A stretch of DNA of 14,906 nucleotides from Pseudobdellovibrionaceae bacterium (GTDB taxonomy: Bacteria > Bdellovibrionota > Bdellovibrionia > Bdellovibrionales > Bdellovibrionaceae). The position numbers and the translations under genes were made by a program. This document shows positions 1 through 8,276 of the stretch, one piece after another (the stretch's first letter is position 1; the number at the start of each line of letters is the position of its first letter). The notes below the pieces were generated by a model that worked only from the letters and a program-made list of their open reading frames with translations, had not been told where the DNA came from and ran no database searches. The DNA lies in the NCBI GenBank assembly GCA_044359815.1, contig JBIKLL010000067.1:1-14906 (forward strand). Reading direction: 5' to 3'.

Positions 1-1450
1 CGATTTCAGAATGCAGGTATTTTACCTTCACACCCAAGGTCTCATAATATTCACTCAAGTCCTCAGCACTGCGTTTGGTCAATGTAGTGATCAAAACCCT
101 TTCACCGGCTTTTACGGTTTCACGGATTTCTTTTAATAAATCATCAACCTGATGTTTGACGGGTCTGACCTCAACAACAGGATCCACCAAACCCGTGGGT
201 CTGATGATTTGTTCTACGATCACGCCTTCGCTTTTTTGCAACTCATAAGCACCTGGTGTCGCTGACACATAAACAACCTTATCCATAAAGGTTTCAAATT
301 CTTGAAAATTCAAAGGCCTGTTATCCAGCGCCGATGGCAATCTGAAACCGTGTTCAACCAGACTCATTTTACGAGCCCTGTCACCACGGTACATGCCACC
401 AATCTGAGGGACTGTGACGTGAGACTCATCAATAAAGGTCACAAATTCTTTTGGGAAATATTCCAGCAATGTGGGCGGTGGTTCACCGGGGCCTCTTCCT
501 GTTAAATGCCTAGAATAATTTTCTATCCCTTGGCAAAAACCCAACTGCTCGATCATTTCAATATCGTACAGGGTTCGTTGCTCAAGCCTTTGCGCCTCCA
601 AAAACCTTACTTCGTGATTCAATTGCACTAATCGTTCACGCAATTCATCCCTGATAGTTGCTATTGCTGCTTTTTGATTTGCTTCGCTGGTCGCATAGTG
701 CGATCCCGGATAAATTCCAATCTGATCCAGTTCATCCAAAACTCTGCCCGTTAAGGGATCGACCCAACTGATTTTTTCAACAAAGTCTCCAAAAAATTCT
801 ATGCGAATGGATTTAGTTTCCTCATAGGGTGGAAACACTTCGACAATGTCTCCCCTGACTCTGATGGTGCCCCTATGAAAATCAATATTGTTTCTTTGAT
901 ACTGAATCCGTACAAGCTCTCGTAGCAAATGATCCCGTTTGATTTTGTCATTGGTTTTTACCAACACCATCATGTTTTCATAGGCTTCAGGTGATCCTAA
1001 ACCATAAATACAGGACACACTGCTGACGATGATCACATCCCTGCGATCAAATAAACTCCGTGTCGCCGAATGCCTCATCCTGTCGATCTGTTCATTGATG
1101 GCAGAATCTTTTTCGATATAGGTATCTGTCGATGGGATGTAAGCCTCAGGTTGATAGTAATCGTAGTAGGAAACAAAATATTCTACGGCATTGTTTGGAA
1201 ACAGCTCTTTAAATTCTGTGTACAGTTGACCTGCCAGTGTTTTATTGGGTGCCAATATCAATGCCGGTTGATTCAGTTTTTCAATGGTGTGGGCCATGGT
1301 AAATGTTTTTCCGCTGCCAGTTACCCCCAACAAGGTCTGATGATTCATCTTTTTTGAAAAATGTGAAATCAAATCGGCAATGGCCTTGGGTTGATCCCCT
1401 GCTGGCTTCAAAGTGCTTTCTATTTTGAGATTCTTTTTAAAAATCGCCAC
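1..1450 (-). CDS. uvrB: Excinuclease ABC subunit B (UvrB), N-terminal ~483 codons; runs off the left edge of the window
   Basis: Absent from the ORF track because the stop is outside the window; translated by hand. GTG at 1450 (in-frame TAA just upstream) gives [24 protein letters not shown]..., Walker [17 protein letters not shown], the UvrB beta-hairpin region [13 protein letters not shown], and ...YLHSEI at the window edge. Confidence 0.96.
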   Translation of the reverse strand, partial: MAIFKKNLKIESTLKPAGDQPKAIADLISHFSKKMNHQTLLGVTGSGKTFTMAHTIEKLNQPALILAPNKTLAGQLYTEFKELFPNNAVEYFVSYYDYYQPEAYIPSTDTYIEKDSAINEQIDRMRHSATRSLFDRRDVIIVSSVSCIYGLGSPEAYENMMVLVKTNDKIKRDHLLRELVRIQYQRNNIDFHRGTIRVRGDIVEVFPPYEETKSIRIEFFGDFVEKISWVDPLTGRVLDELDQIGIYPGSHYATSEANQKAAIATIRDELRERLVQLNHEVRFLEAQRLEQRTLYDIEMIEQLGFCQGIENYSRHLTGRGPGEPPPTLLEYFPKEFVTFIDESHVTVPQIGGMYRGDRARKMSLVEHGFRLPSALDNRPLNFQEFETFMDKVVYVSATPGAYELQKSEGVIVEQIIRPTGLVDPVVEVRPVKHQVDDLLKEIRETVKAGERVLITTLTKRSAEDLSEYYETLGVKVKYLHSEI

Positions 1451-1505
1451 TGTTTTGTTTCGTGTTGGTTAATGTTTACTGCACAGTTAATAAATTATTT
1501 ATTTC

Positions 1506-2948
1506 TTACTTTGTGACTTCCCAATGCGATCCCGTGGGCGAATCAGCGACTGTGATGCCCATATCAGAAAGCTTTTTTCTGAGCTCATCTGATTTGGCAA
1601 AATCCTTAGCAGCCCTTGCTTGCGCTCTTTCTTGCACAATTAAATCCACTTGCTCCCGCTGCAGCTTTTTTCGCCGCAACAACATGTCATCAAGCTCTCG
1701 CAAAAATTCTTCGGCTGGATGTTGCAAAAGACTCATGTGCTTTCCAAAGCCCTTTACCAATTTTAAATAATCATTCGCCTTGCTTGATGAGGATTTATTT
1801 TTCACTCCCCTTTTTACTTGGGCATTAAAATTTCTGGTGACCTCAAAGACTCTGGCAAAGGCTTCCGGCGTGTTAAAATCATCATTTAAAGCCTGATTAA
1901 TTCCGTCCTGAGCTTGATGACAGATTTTTGAAAATTCTGAATCTGTTGCCTCACCCTCGGTCAGACTTTCTGCTACAGCCAAGGCCGAATAAATTCTGGC
2001 CAAACCATGGATTGAATTATCAATGGCGGTTTCACTAAAATCAGTGACTGATCTGTAGTGCACCGACAGCATAATGTATTTTAACAATTCTGGATTATAT
2101 TCATCCATAAAAGAACGGGCTTTAACGATGTTACCCAAGGACTTGGACATCTTGGCTCCGCCCAAGTTTATCATATTATTGTGCATCCAGTATTTAACAT
2201 ACTGTTTGCCAAAACAGCCTTCGCTCTGAGCGATTTCATTTTCGTGGTGAGGAAATATCAAATCCATTCCCCCGCCATGAATATCAATCTGTTCACCCAA
2301 AATGGATCCCGACATAGCTGAACATTCTATGTGCCAACCAGGTCGCCCTTTACCCCATGGCGAATCCCATGATGGCTCCCCGGGTTTCGAGGACTTCCAG
2401 AGCGCAAAATCCAAGGGATCCTTTTTTTTCTTATCCAGTTCGATGCGCACACCTGCCAACAGCTCTTCTGGATTTCTGTGTGATAGCTTACCGTAATCAG
2501 CTTTGCTTCTGATCGAATACAGCACATCACCTTCGGCCACGTAGGCGGCCTTATTTTCTACTAATTTTTGAATCATTTTAATGATGGGCTCTAAAAACTG
2601 AGTGACCTTGGGATTGTGATCCTGAGGTCTCAGATTCAATCTTGAAAAATCATTTTTAAACTCTTGAATGTACAGTTCAGAAATCTCAAGGCTTGGTTTA
2701 TTTTCTTTCAAGGCTCTGTTTATGATTTTATCATCAATATCTGTAAAATTATAAACGTAAGTGACTTTGTACCCACTGTGCTCAAGCCAGTTCCTCACCA
2801 GATTATAAAATATGGCTCCCCTAAAATTTCCGATGTGAACTAAATCATAAACTGTTGGTCCGCAGACATACATTTTGACTTGGCCCGGTTGCAGTGGAAC
2901 AAATTCTTCCTTGGATTTTGTCAATGTGTTGTAAATCTGAATGCTCAC
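1506..2948 (-). CDS. cysS: Cysteinyl-tRNA synthetase (class I)
   Basis: MYVCGPTVY, HIGN (HIGH motif), GRPGWHIECSAM, DLIFPHHENE, KMSKSLGN, DDFNTP. The GTG start overlaps the gltX stop (GTGA, 2945-2948). Confidence 0.98.
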   Translation of the reverse strand: MSIQIYNTLTKSKEEFVPLQPGQVKMYVCGPTVYDLVHIGNFRGAIFYNLVRNWLEHSGYKVTYVYNFTDIDDKIINRALKENKPSLEISELYIQEFKNDFSRLNLRPQDHNPKVTQFLEPIIKMIQKLVENKAAYVAEGDVLYSIRSKADYGKLSHRNPEELLAGVRIELDKKKKDPLDFALWKSSKPGEPSWDSPWGKGRPGWHIECSAMSGSILGEQIDIHGGGMDLIFPHHENEIAQSEGCFGKQYVKYWMHNNMINLGGAKMSKSLGNIVKARSFMDEYNPELLKYIMLSVHYRSVTDFSETAIDNSIHGLARIYSALAVAESLTEGEATDSEFSKICHQAQDGINQALNDDFNTPEAFARVFEVTRNFNAQVKRGVKNKSSSSKANDYLKLVKGFGKHMSLLQHPAEEFLRELDDMLLRRKKLQREQVDLIVQERAQARAAKDFAKSDELRKKLSDMGITVADSPTGSHWEVTK

Positions 2949-4429
2949 GCCATCGCTCCAAGAGTCTCTTCTGCCCTCGCTACTAAAGAGGACACAGGTA
3001 TCAGTGGCGCTAGCAGTTTTAAATCAGGACCATGAGGCTTGCCAATTACGGCAACTCGAAGTGGTTGAAACAGATTTTTGCCTTTAGCACCTGTTTTGCT
3101 TTTAACTTCATCTTGTATTTTTACAAACAGTTCACCCGTCAACTTCTGATGACCGCAATTTTTTAGGCTCTCAATCCACTGTTTGATCACAGCCTTTGAA
3201 GGCTCCCAACCCAAGACCTCTGAGCTTTCGCCTTCGACCTTGAACTCTGAATCAATCAACAATTTAAACAAAGGCACACTGTCAGCCAAGGTCTCCATAG
3301 CTGGCTTAAAAACCTGCAAACAACTATTTTGCAAGACTGGATCTTTGGGAAAATCAATTTTAGCTTTAACTAAAAAGGGCTCAATCCGATTCCATAATTC
3401 AATATCACTAAGGGCTCGCAAATGCTGACTGTTCATCCATTTTAGTTTCACAACATCAAAAATCGCCCCTGACGGGTTAAGTCTGGTGACATCAAAGGCC
3501 TCGATCATTTCGTTCATTGATAAAATATCTTTTTCATCTGGATGCGACCACCCCAGAAAAGCCAAAAAATTTATCATTGCTTCAGGCAAATAACCTTCAG
3601 ACTTAAACTCAAAACAACTAGTGGCTCCTTTGCGCTTAGAAAGCTTCTGCCGGTCCTCATCCAACACCAGTGACATATGTCCAAACTGTGGCAGCGGCCA
3701 ATTCATGGCTTCATATACCATCAACTGCCTGAGGGTATTTGATAAATGTTCTTCTGCCCTCAAGACATGACTGATTTGCATTAAATGATCATCGACCACG
3801 CAACAAAAATTATAAACTGGCATTCCATCTGATCTGAGCAAAACAAAATCCCCAACCATGTCTGATGGAAAAACAACTTGGCCCCGGACTAAATCCTGAA
3901 CCTTGTAATCCTTTTGAAGTCCTTTAGTTTTAAATCGAACACTTCCACGAGCACCGGATTTGATTTTCTCGATGGCTTTTTCCAGGGGCCAATCCTGATA
4001 GGGACTGTTGATATGGGGCTGACGGCCTTCCAGTTTAAGCTTTTCTCTCTGCAGATCAATCTCTTCATCCGTCATAAAGCAATAATAAGCTTTTTTAGCA
4101 TTCAACAATTCATCGGCTACTTTTTTATAGATTGATTGGCGCTCGCTCTGTTTGTAGGGACCAAAGCTTCCCTTGTCTTTCAGGGTGATCGGATCTGGCC
4201 CCTCATCCCAGTGAAGCCCCAGCCACTGCAAATCTTCGATCATCATTTTTAAAGATTCAACAGTTGATCTGGCCTGATCGGTGTCTTCAATGCGCAGAAT
4301 GAAATCGCCTTTTTTATTTTTGGCGTAAAGATAATTATAAAGCGCTGATCTGGCGCCCCCGACATGTAAATAACCTGTGGGACTGGGGGCATAACGGACG
4401 CGGACTTTTTGAAATGATTGTGTGTTCAT
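2945..4429 (-). CDS. gltX: Glutamyl-tRNA synthetase (class I)
   Basis: RVRYAPSPTGYLHVGG, LRIEDTDQAR, GPYKQSER, DDHLMQISHVLRAEEHLSNT, KLSKR, C-terminal PLRVAVIGKPHGPDL. Start placed at ATG 4429 (MNTQ); ATG 4438 is an alternative. Confidence 0.97.
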   Translation of the reverse strand: MNTQSFQKVRVRYAPSPTGYLHVGGARSALYNYLYAKNKKGDFILRIEDTDQARSTVESLKMMIEDLQWLGLHWDEGPDPITLKDKGSFGPYKQSERQSIYKKVADELLNAKKAYYCFMTDEEIDLQREKLKLEGRQPHINSPYQDWPLEKAIEKIKSGARGSVRFKTKGLQKDYKVQDLVRGQVVFPSDMVGDFVLLRSDGMPVYNFCCVVDDHLMQISHVLRAEEHLSNTLRQLMVYEAMNWPLPQFGHMSLVLDEDRQKLSKRKGATSCFEFKSEGYLPEAMINFLAFLGWSHPDEKDILSMNEMIEAFDVTRLNPSGAIFDVVKLKWMNSQHLRALSDIELWNRIEPFLVKAKIDFPKDPVLQNSCLQVFKPAMETLADSVPLFKLLIDSEFKVEGESSEVLGWEPSKAVIKQWIESLKNCGHQKLTGELFVKIQDEVKSKTGAKGKNLFQPLRVAVIGKPHGPDLKLLAPLIPVSSLVARAEETLGAMA

Positions 4430-4457
4430 AGAACACATAATCTAAAGCAAAAATGGA

Positions 4458-4997
4458 TTAGATTCCAAAGATTTGTCTGACTTCGTCTTCTTTTGTGAGT
4501 TCGTTTTCAGGCACAGCCAGTGTGAGTTCCTTTTTTAACAGGCCTCTTGCTGTGTCGAGCATTTTTCTTTCGCCAAAGCTCAGCTCTTTATCGACTTTCA
4601 GTAAAAACAGATCGCGTAAAACTTCAGCAATCTCGTAAACTGAACCCGTTTTGATTTTATCCATGTATTCGCGGTATCTGCGATTCCATGTTTGAGTGTC
4701 GATTCTGACGTCTTTTTCTTTTAGGATTTCGATGACCTTTGCGGCCTCTTCAGTGGAAATAATCGGTCTAAGACCTACACTGGATACGTTGTTTTTAGGG
4801 ATTAAAACCTTCATTTCGGTTTCAAGAATCATCACACTGTAAAATTCAAGCTTACTACCCATAATTTCTTTGCTTTCGATCGCCACTACTTTACCCACGC
4901 CGTAGCCTGGATAAACTGCGTTATCGCCTACTCTGAAATTATGATTGTCAGCTTTTTTAACCGACTGCTTAGATGACTGTATCGTCAATGAAGCCAC
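4458..4997 (-). CDS. carD: CarD/CdnL-family RNA polymerase-binding transcription factor (no HMGA/AT-hook tail, so CdnL-type)
   Basis: FRVGDNAVYPGYGVG RNAP-interaction domain and the conserved W-x-x-R motif (QTWNRRYREYMDKIKTG). Start moved from TTG 5018 to GTG 4997 because a GGAGG Shine-Dalgarno (5007-5003) lies 5 nt upstream. Confidence 0.93.
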   Translation of the reverse strand: MASLTIQSSKQSVKKADNHNFRVGDNAVYPGYGVGKVVAIESKEIMGSKLEFYSVMILETEMKVLIPKNNVSSVGLRPIISTEEAAKVIEILKEKDVRIDTQTWNRRYREYMDKIKTGSVYEIAEVLRDLFLLKVDKELSFGERKMLDTARGLLKKELTLAVPENELTKEDEVRQIFGI

Positions 4998-5020
4998 CAG
5001 CACCTCCACCCGAGCCAATG

Positions 5021-5049
5021 CTTATAGCAAAGTTGACACGAGTAATCAA
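5021..5049 (-). promoter_or_regulatory. Putative sigma-70 promoter of the carD-gltX-cysS-uvrB unit
   Basis: TTGATT (5049-5044), 17-nt spacer ending in TGC (extended -10 TGn), then TATAAG (5026-5021). It lies about 24 nt upstream of the proposed GTG. Confidence 0.6.
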
Positions 5050-5073
5050 ACACTATGGTCATCAACACCGAAA

Positions 5074-5117
5074 GAAATAGAAAAGATGAAAAGATTTTTA
5101 AATATTTTTTCTATTTC
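5074..5117 (-). terminator. 11-bp inverted repeat overlapping the protease stop codon; possible weak terminator or 3' stabilising hairpin
   Basis: GAAATAGAAAA (5074-5084) and TTTTCTATTTC (5107-5117) are perfect reverse complements with a 22-nt loop. Only TTT follows on the minus strand and the stem is AT-rich. Confidence 0.35.
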
Positions 5118-7246
5118 ACCATCAACACAAGAGCGAAACTTTGTTTTCCTACACTGCCCATCGGCACATCAACGGCCTTTACTGAAACTTTAAGTGATTC
5201 CTCAGTTTGAGCTGTTTTCTCTAGTATTTCCACATTGTTAACAGAATCACCTAAAGCCATGGTTTGCCCTTCTTGATCTGTGATTTGCAAATCCAAATTA
5301 TTCACTAAAGCTTTTGCTGCTGCGGGACTGCCTGGTGCATCTGTGTATGCCAATAACGCAACAAGCTTTTGACCGGCTTTTAGTGAAATTTCTTTTTCAA
5401 AAACCTGCCCTGTCGCCAAACCTTCGGTGTAATCAATGACGCTGTCTTTTGTTAACGTCAATATTTGTGCAACATCTACCCGGCCATAACCCTGATCATT
5501 GTTTGGTCTTTGGGTTTTAAGCTCCTGTGTCGCAGTTCCCTGACCGTATTGACCAGGATACAGATCCTTGGCTGTCGCCAGTAGAATCCCTTTCACCATT
5601 GCTGCGCTGGGTTTGATACCTAAGGTTTCAACAAACTGTCTGGTAACAGTGGCCGCAGCTGACGCCAATGGTGTCGCCATTGATGTTCCACCACACCATA
5701 AATAGTCCTGATTGTATTCACCCCACAACAGATCACTGCCCTTAACATGAGATCGAGCGCTTAAAATATTTGTACCTGGTGCAACGATGTCAGGTTTAAT
5801 TCTGCCATCAGCAGTGGGACCCCTTGAGCTAAACATCGCAATTCCATTTTCATTGTCTGAAACCTTTGATGAACTGATGGGCTCTGATGGCCAGCTCTGC
5901 GGAGCTGATCTGAGTTCACGGATAAATTTCTGGATACCACCACTGGATTCCAAATTTTCACTGGCTCCAACTGTTAATGCATTTTTTGCAGTTCCTGGTG
6001 ATGCCATTGAATTAGGATCAATCACACCATCAGCATTACGATCTACCCCTGAATTGCCCGCAGCAAAAACAACCAAGAAATCTTGGTTCTTGTGCATGTA
6101 TTCATCCACCTGAGCTGCCATGGAATCATAGGCTCCAGGATTTCGTCCGCTACCCCAAGAATTACTGTGAACTCGAGCGCCATCTGCGTAAGCCGTTTCA
6201 AATAATTTTGAAAGCTGAGGAGGCACTGTCAGATTGTCTATAATAGGACTCCACATGCTTTGCGGAACAAATCCGGCTTCATAAGCACCGCCACGTATTT
6301 TACCCTGTGATAGAGCGCCTCGGCCAACAATGCTGCCGCCGACGTGAGTTCCATGCCCCATGGGATCATTCCAATTAGTAGCACCAAGGCCAAAATTATG
6401 ACCGTTAACTACGGCTCCGGCAAAGTCAGCACTGATTGTAGCAATCGCACCTGAATCCAAGCCCGTATCAGCCATGGCTGCAATTTGACCTTTGCCTGTG
6501 ATTCCCAAAGCCCAAGCAGCATCGAAATTCATGATTTTCGTACCGGTCTCAAAGCCTGTCATCTCGGTCAATGGTGGTTTAGTTTCTGTAGGAGGAATGG
6601 TTTCAGAATCCAAAGTGATTATCATAGACTCCATTTTTTGCGGGTGCTCGATAAACTCGATGCCTCTGATATTGGAAATCTGATTGATCAAAGAATCTTG
6701 CGACTGAATCAACAAGGACCTGTCAAAAGATTGCAAAACCTCAGCCCCTAAGTTTTGGATTTGAGTTTCAATCATAGCTTTTTCTGCAGGATCAAAAAGG
6801 CTAACGTAAAATTTTGAAACCTTTGATTTTGAAAACACACTCAACGGGCCCACATTTGGCGAGATTTTCAGGGAACCATTAAATGGCAAGATTCCAGAAA
6901 TGTTCGCAGATTTTTTGGCCTTTAAGATTTTTGCAAAACTGGCTCTGACGATCAAAGCATCTTCTGGAATGTATTTGTAGATTTGAATGCCTGCTTTGGT
7001 CAGCTTTGCCTTTGTGCTTTCAGTGATTTTATCCTGAAACTGCAAAACAAAATTGTACTCAAATTCGTTTTTTGAAAAGGCCGTGGCAAAACTGTCGATT
7101 TCTTTTGCCTGCTTGGTTCCATTTATAAAATGCAAATGTTTTTCTGCTTGAGCTGGAATCACCCAAGCCATTGTCATCAGAGCACCAAACAAGATTGCTA
7201 AAAGCCCAGATGTGTTTGCGATTTTGAACCCAGATATCCTTTTCAT
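5111..7246 (-). CDS. Secreted S8 (subtilisin-family) serine protease, KP-43-like, with signal peptide, prodomain and C-terminal beta domain
   Basis: Catalytic triad motifs ADTGLD, GHGTHVGG and GGTSMATP; oxyanion FAAGNSG; KP-43-type ARVHSNSWG, GRIKPDIVAPGTNILSARS, ALVNNLDL and NNVE. Signal peptide ends in AQA. ATG 7246 is preceded by GAGGGGG. Confidence 0.93.
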   Translation of the reverse strand: MKRISGFKIANTSGLLAILFGALMTMAWVIPAQAEKHLHFINGTKQAKEIDSFATAFSKNEFEYNFVLQFQDKITESTKAKLTKAGIQIYKYIPEDALIVRASFAKILKAKKSANISGILPFNGSLKISPNVGPLSVFSKSKVSKFYVSLFDPAEKAMIETQIQNLGAEVLQSFDRSLLIQSQDSLINQISNIRGIEFIEHPQKMESMIITLDSETIPPTETKPPLTEMTGFETGTKIMNFDAAWALGITGKGQIAAMADTGLDSGAIATISADFAGAVVNGHNFGLGATNWNDPMGHGTHVGGSIVGRGALSQGKIRGGAYEAGFVPQSMWSPIIDNLTVPPQLSKLFETAYADGARVHSNSWGSGRNPGAYDSMAAQVDEYMHKNQDFLVVFAAGNSGVDRNADGVIDPNSMASPGTAKNALTVGASENLESSGGIQKFIRELRSAPQSWPSEPISSSKVSDNENGIAMFSSRGPTADGRIKPDIVAPGTNILSARSHVKGSDLLWGEYNQDYLWCGGTSMATPLASAAATVTRQFVETLGIKPSAAMVKGILLATAKDLYPGQYGQGTATQELKTQRPNNDQGYGRVDVAQILTLTKDSVIDYTEGLATGQVFEKEISLKAGQKLVALLAYTDAPGSPAAAKALVNNLDLQITDQEGQTMALGDSVNNVEILEKTAQTEESLKVSVKAVDVPMGSVGKQSFALVLMVK

Positions 7247-7262
7247 TTTTGCCCCCTCAAGC

Positions 7263-7283
7263 AAATCCCTAACCTTGGGATTT
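7263..7283. promoter_or_regulatory. 7-bp inverted repeat just upstream of the protease ribosome-binding site
   Basis: AAATCCC (7263-7269) - TAACCTT - GGGATTT (7277-7283). Confidence 0.4.
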
Positions 7284-7324
7284 CAGTGATTGCATCGCTT
7301 TTGGGTTTTTAATTCAAGAAAAAT

Positions 7325-7765
7325 TTAGTTTTGCGCGGCACCTTTTTGTATCCACATTCTTAAAATTTCTTTCTGCAATAAGCTCAGCTTTGGGTAGCCC
7401 GATTTGTCGGTGGGCATCTTATTGTCCCGAACTGACTTATATAATGAGCTTTCGTCAGGGCTTCCTGGTTTAAGCAAATCTGGGATTAAAAAATTACTGA
7501 CGATGGCATCATATGTGCTGAGGTCTAAATCCCCCTTTAGATTGTTTGGATTATGACACTCCACACACTTTCCTGGTTCAAAAACTTTTTCTGAAATGAC
7601 CTTAAAATTTAGAACTTCAGGAGCCTTTTCTTCAGGTGGCAATTTGGGTTGCTCTTCAAGCTCTTGAGCTTGCTCTGGTTTCAAATTTTGATGAACGGCC
7701 TCCTGGCAGGAAACCAAGAAGCCAATTAACAACATTGAAAATAAAAACTTATTTAAACAGATCAT
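7325..7765 (-). CDS. Lipoprotein monoheme cytochrome c, planctomycete-type (PSCyt1-like) domain
   Basis: Lipobox LVS-C20 and a single CXXCH (CVECH, 7553-7567), followed by KGDLDLST...PGSPDESSLY...KMP...LS...WIQKGA, the pattern typical of planctomycete cytochrome c domains. Confidence 0.8.
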   Translation of the reverse strand: MICLNKFLFSMLLIGFLVSCQEAVHQNLKPEQAQELEEQPKLPPEEKAPEVLNFKVISEKVFEPGKCVECHNPNNLKGDLDLSTYDAIVSNFLIPDLLKPGSPDESSLYKSVRDNKMPTDKSGYPKLSLLQKEILRMWIQKGAAQN

Positions 7766-8159
7766 GTCCTGCTTTTCGCAGCTCTGCCATTTTTACCACG
7801 ATAGCTTTTGCACCTACATTATCGTTTGCTTGAAGGGATTTTTCCAGATCCACACTCAACAACAACAATTGGGCCATCAGAGATTGATAAGTTCTCAGAT
7901 TTTCAGGTTGTTTCTCAGCAGGCATCTCTGAGATTTTATGGGGAACTTCTGGTAGGGATTTAATACAGATTGATCTTAAATCCGCTGCGCGCACAGCATT
8001 GTTTTGGTTTTTAGATGAATCATCAATTGTGGAACCTATGGCTTTAAAATGATCACCCATTTGATTCATTAGATCTTCCAAGCTTCCGTGCAAAGTCTCT
8101 TGGGCAAAAACATTTAAAGACATTAATCCAGTCAACAAAATCACGATAAAACTTTTCAT
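7749..8159 (-). CDS. Periplasmic cytochrome b562-like four-helix-bundle protein
   Basis: Sec signal peptide ending in VFA. N-terminal LEDLM resembles E. coli b562 LEDNM (Met ligand); C-terminal LRKAGHDLFK resembles TRNAYHQKYR (His ligand). No CXXCH. RBS AAGGAG at 8170-8165. Confidence 0.75.
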   Translation of the reverse strand: MKSFIVILLTGLMSLNVFAQETLHGSLEDLMNQMGDHFKAIGSTIDDSSKNQNNAVRAADLRSICIKSLPEVPHKISEMPAEKQPENLRTYQSLMAQLLLLSVDLEKSLQANDNVGAKAIVVKMAELRKAGHDLFK

Positions 8160-8190
8160 ATATTCTCCTTAATCAAATGAATCCCAGACA

Positions 8191-8220
8191 ATGGTAGCAA
8201 AATATTTTTCATCAAAACAA
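8191..8220 (-). promoter_or_regulatory. Putative extended -10 sigma-70 promoter for the cytochrome pair
   Basis: TG-C-TACCAT (8199-8191) with TTGTTT (8220-8215) 18 nt upstream of the hexamer, preceded by a very AT-rich tract (8221-8270). Confidence 0.4.
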
Positions 8221-8276
8221 ATTGTATTTAGATATTTTTATTTATTTAAGAAATAATATTTTTTAAATTTAGAGGC

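Noticed and set aside
1451..1505. Possible LexA box upstream of uvrB (TTTACTGCACAGTTAA)
   Set aside because: It is only a short ACTG-N2-CAGT dyad; the spacing fits neither CTG-N10-CAG nor GAAC-N4-GTTC.
4998..5018. TTG start of carD at 5018 given by the ORF track
   Set aside because: It lies only 2 nt downstream of the predicted -10 hexamer and upstream of the GGAGG SD; GTG 4997 fits better.
8202..8263. Three copies of ATATTTTT in the recG-b562 intergenic region
   Set aside because: The spacing is irregular (30 and 24 nt) in extremely AT-rich DNA, so this is expected by chance; it is not an array or iteron set.
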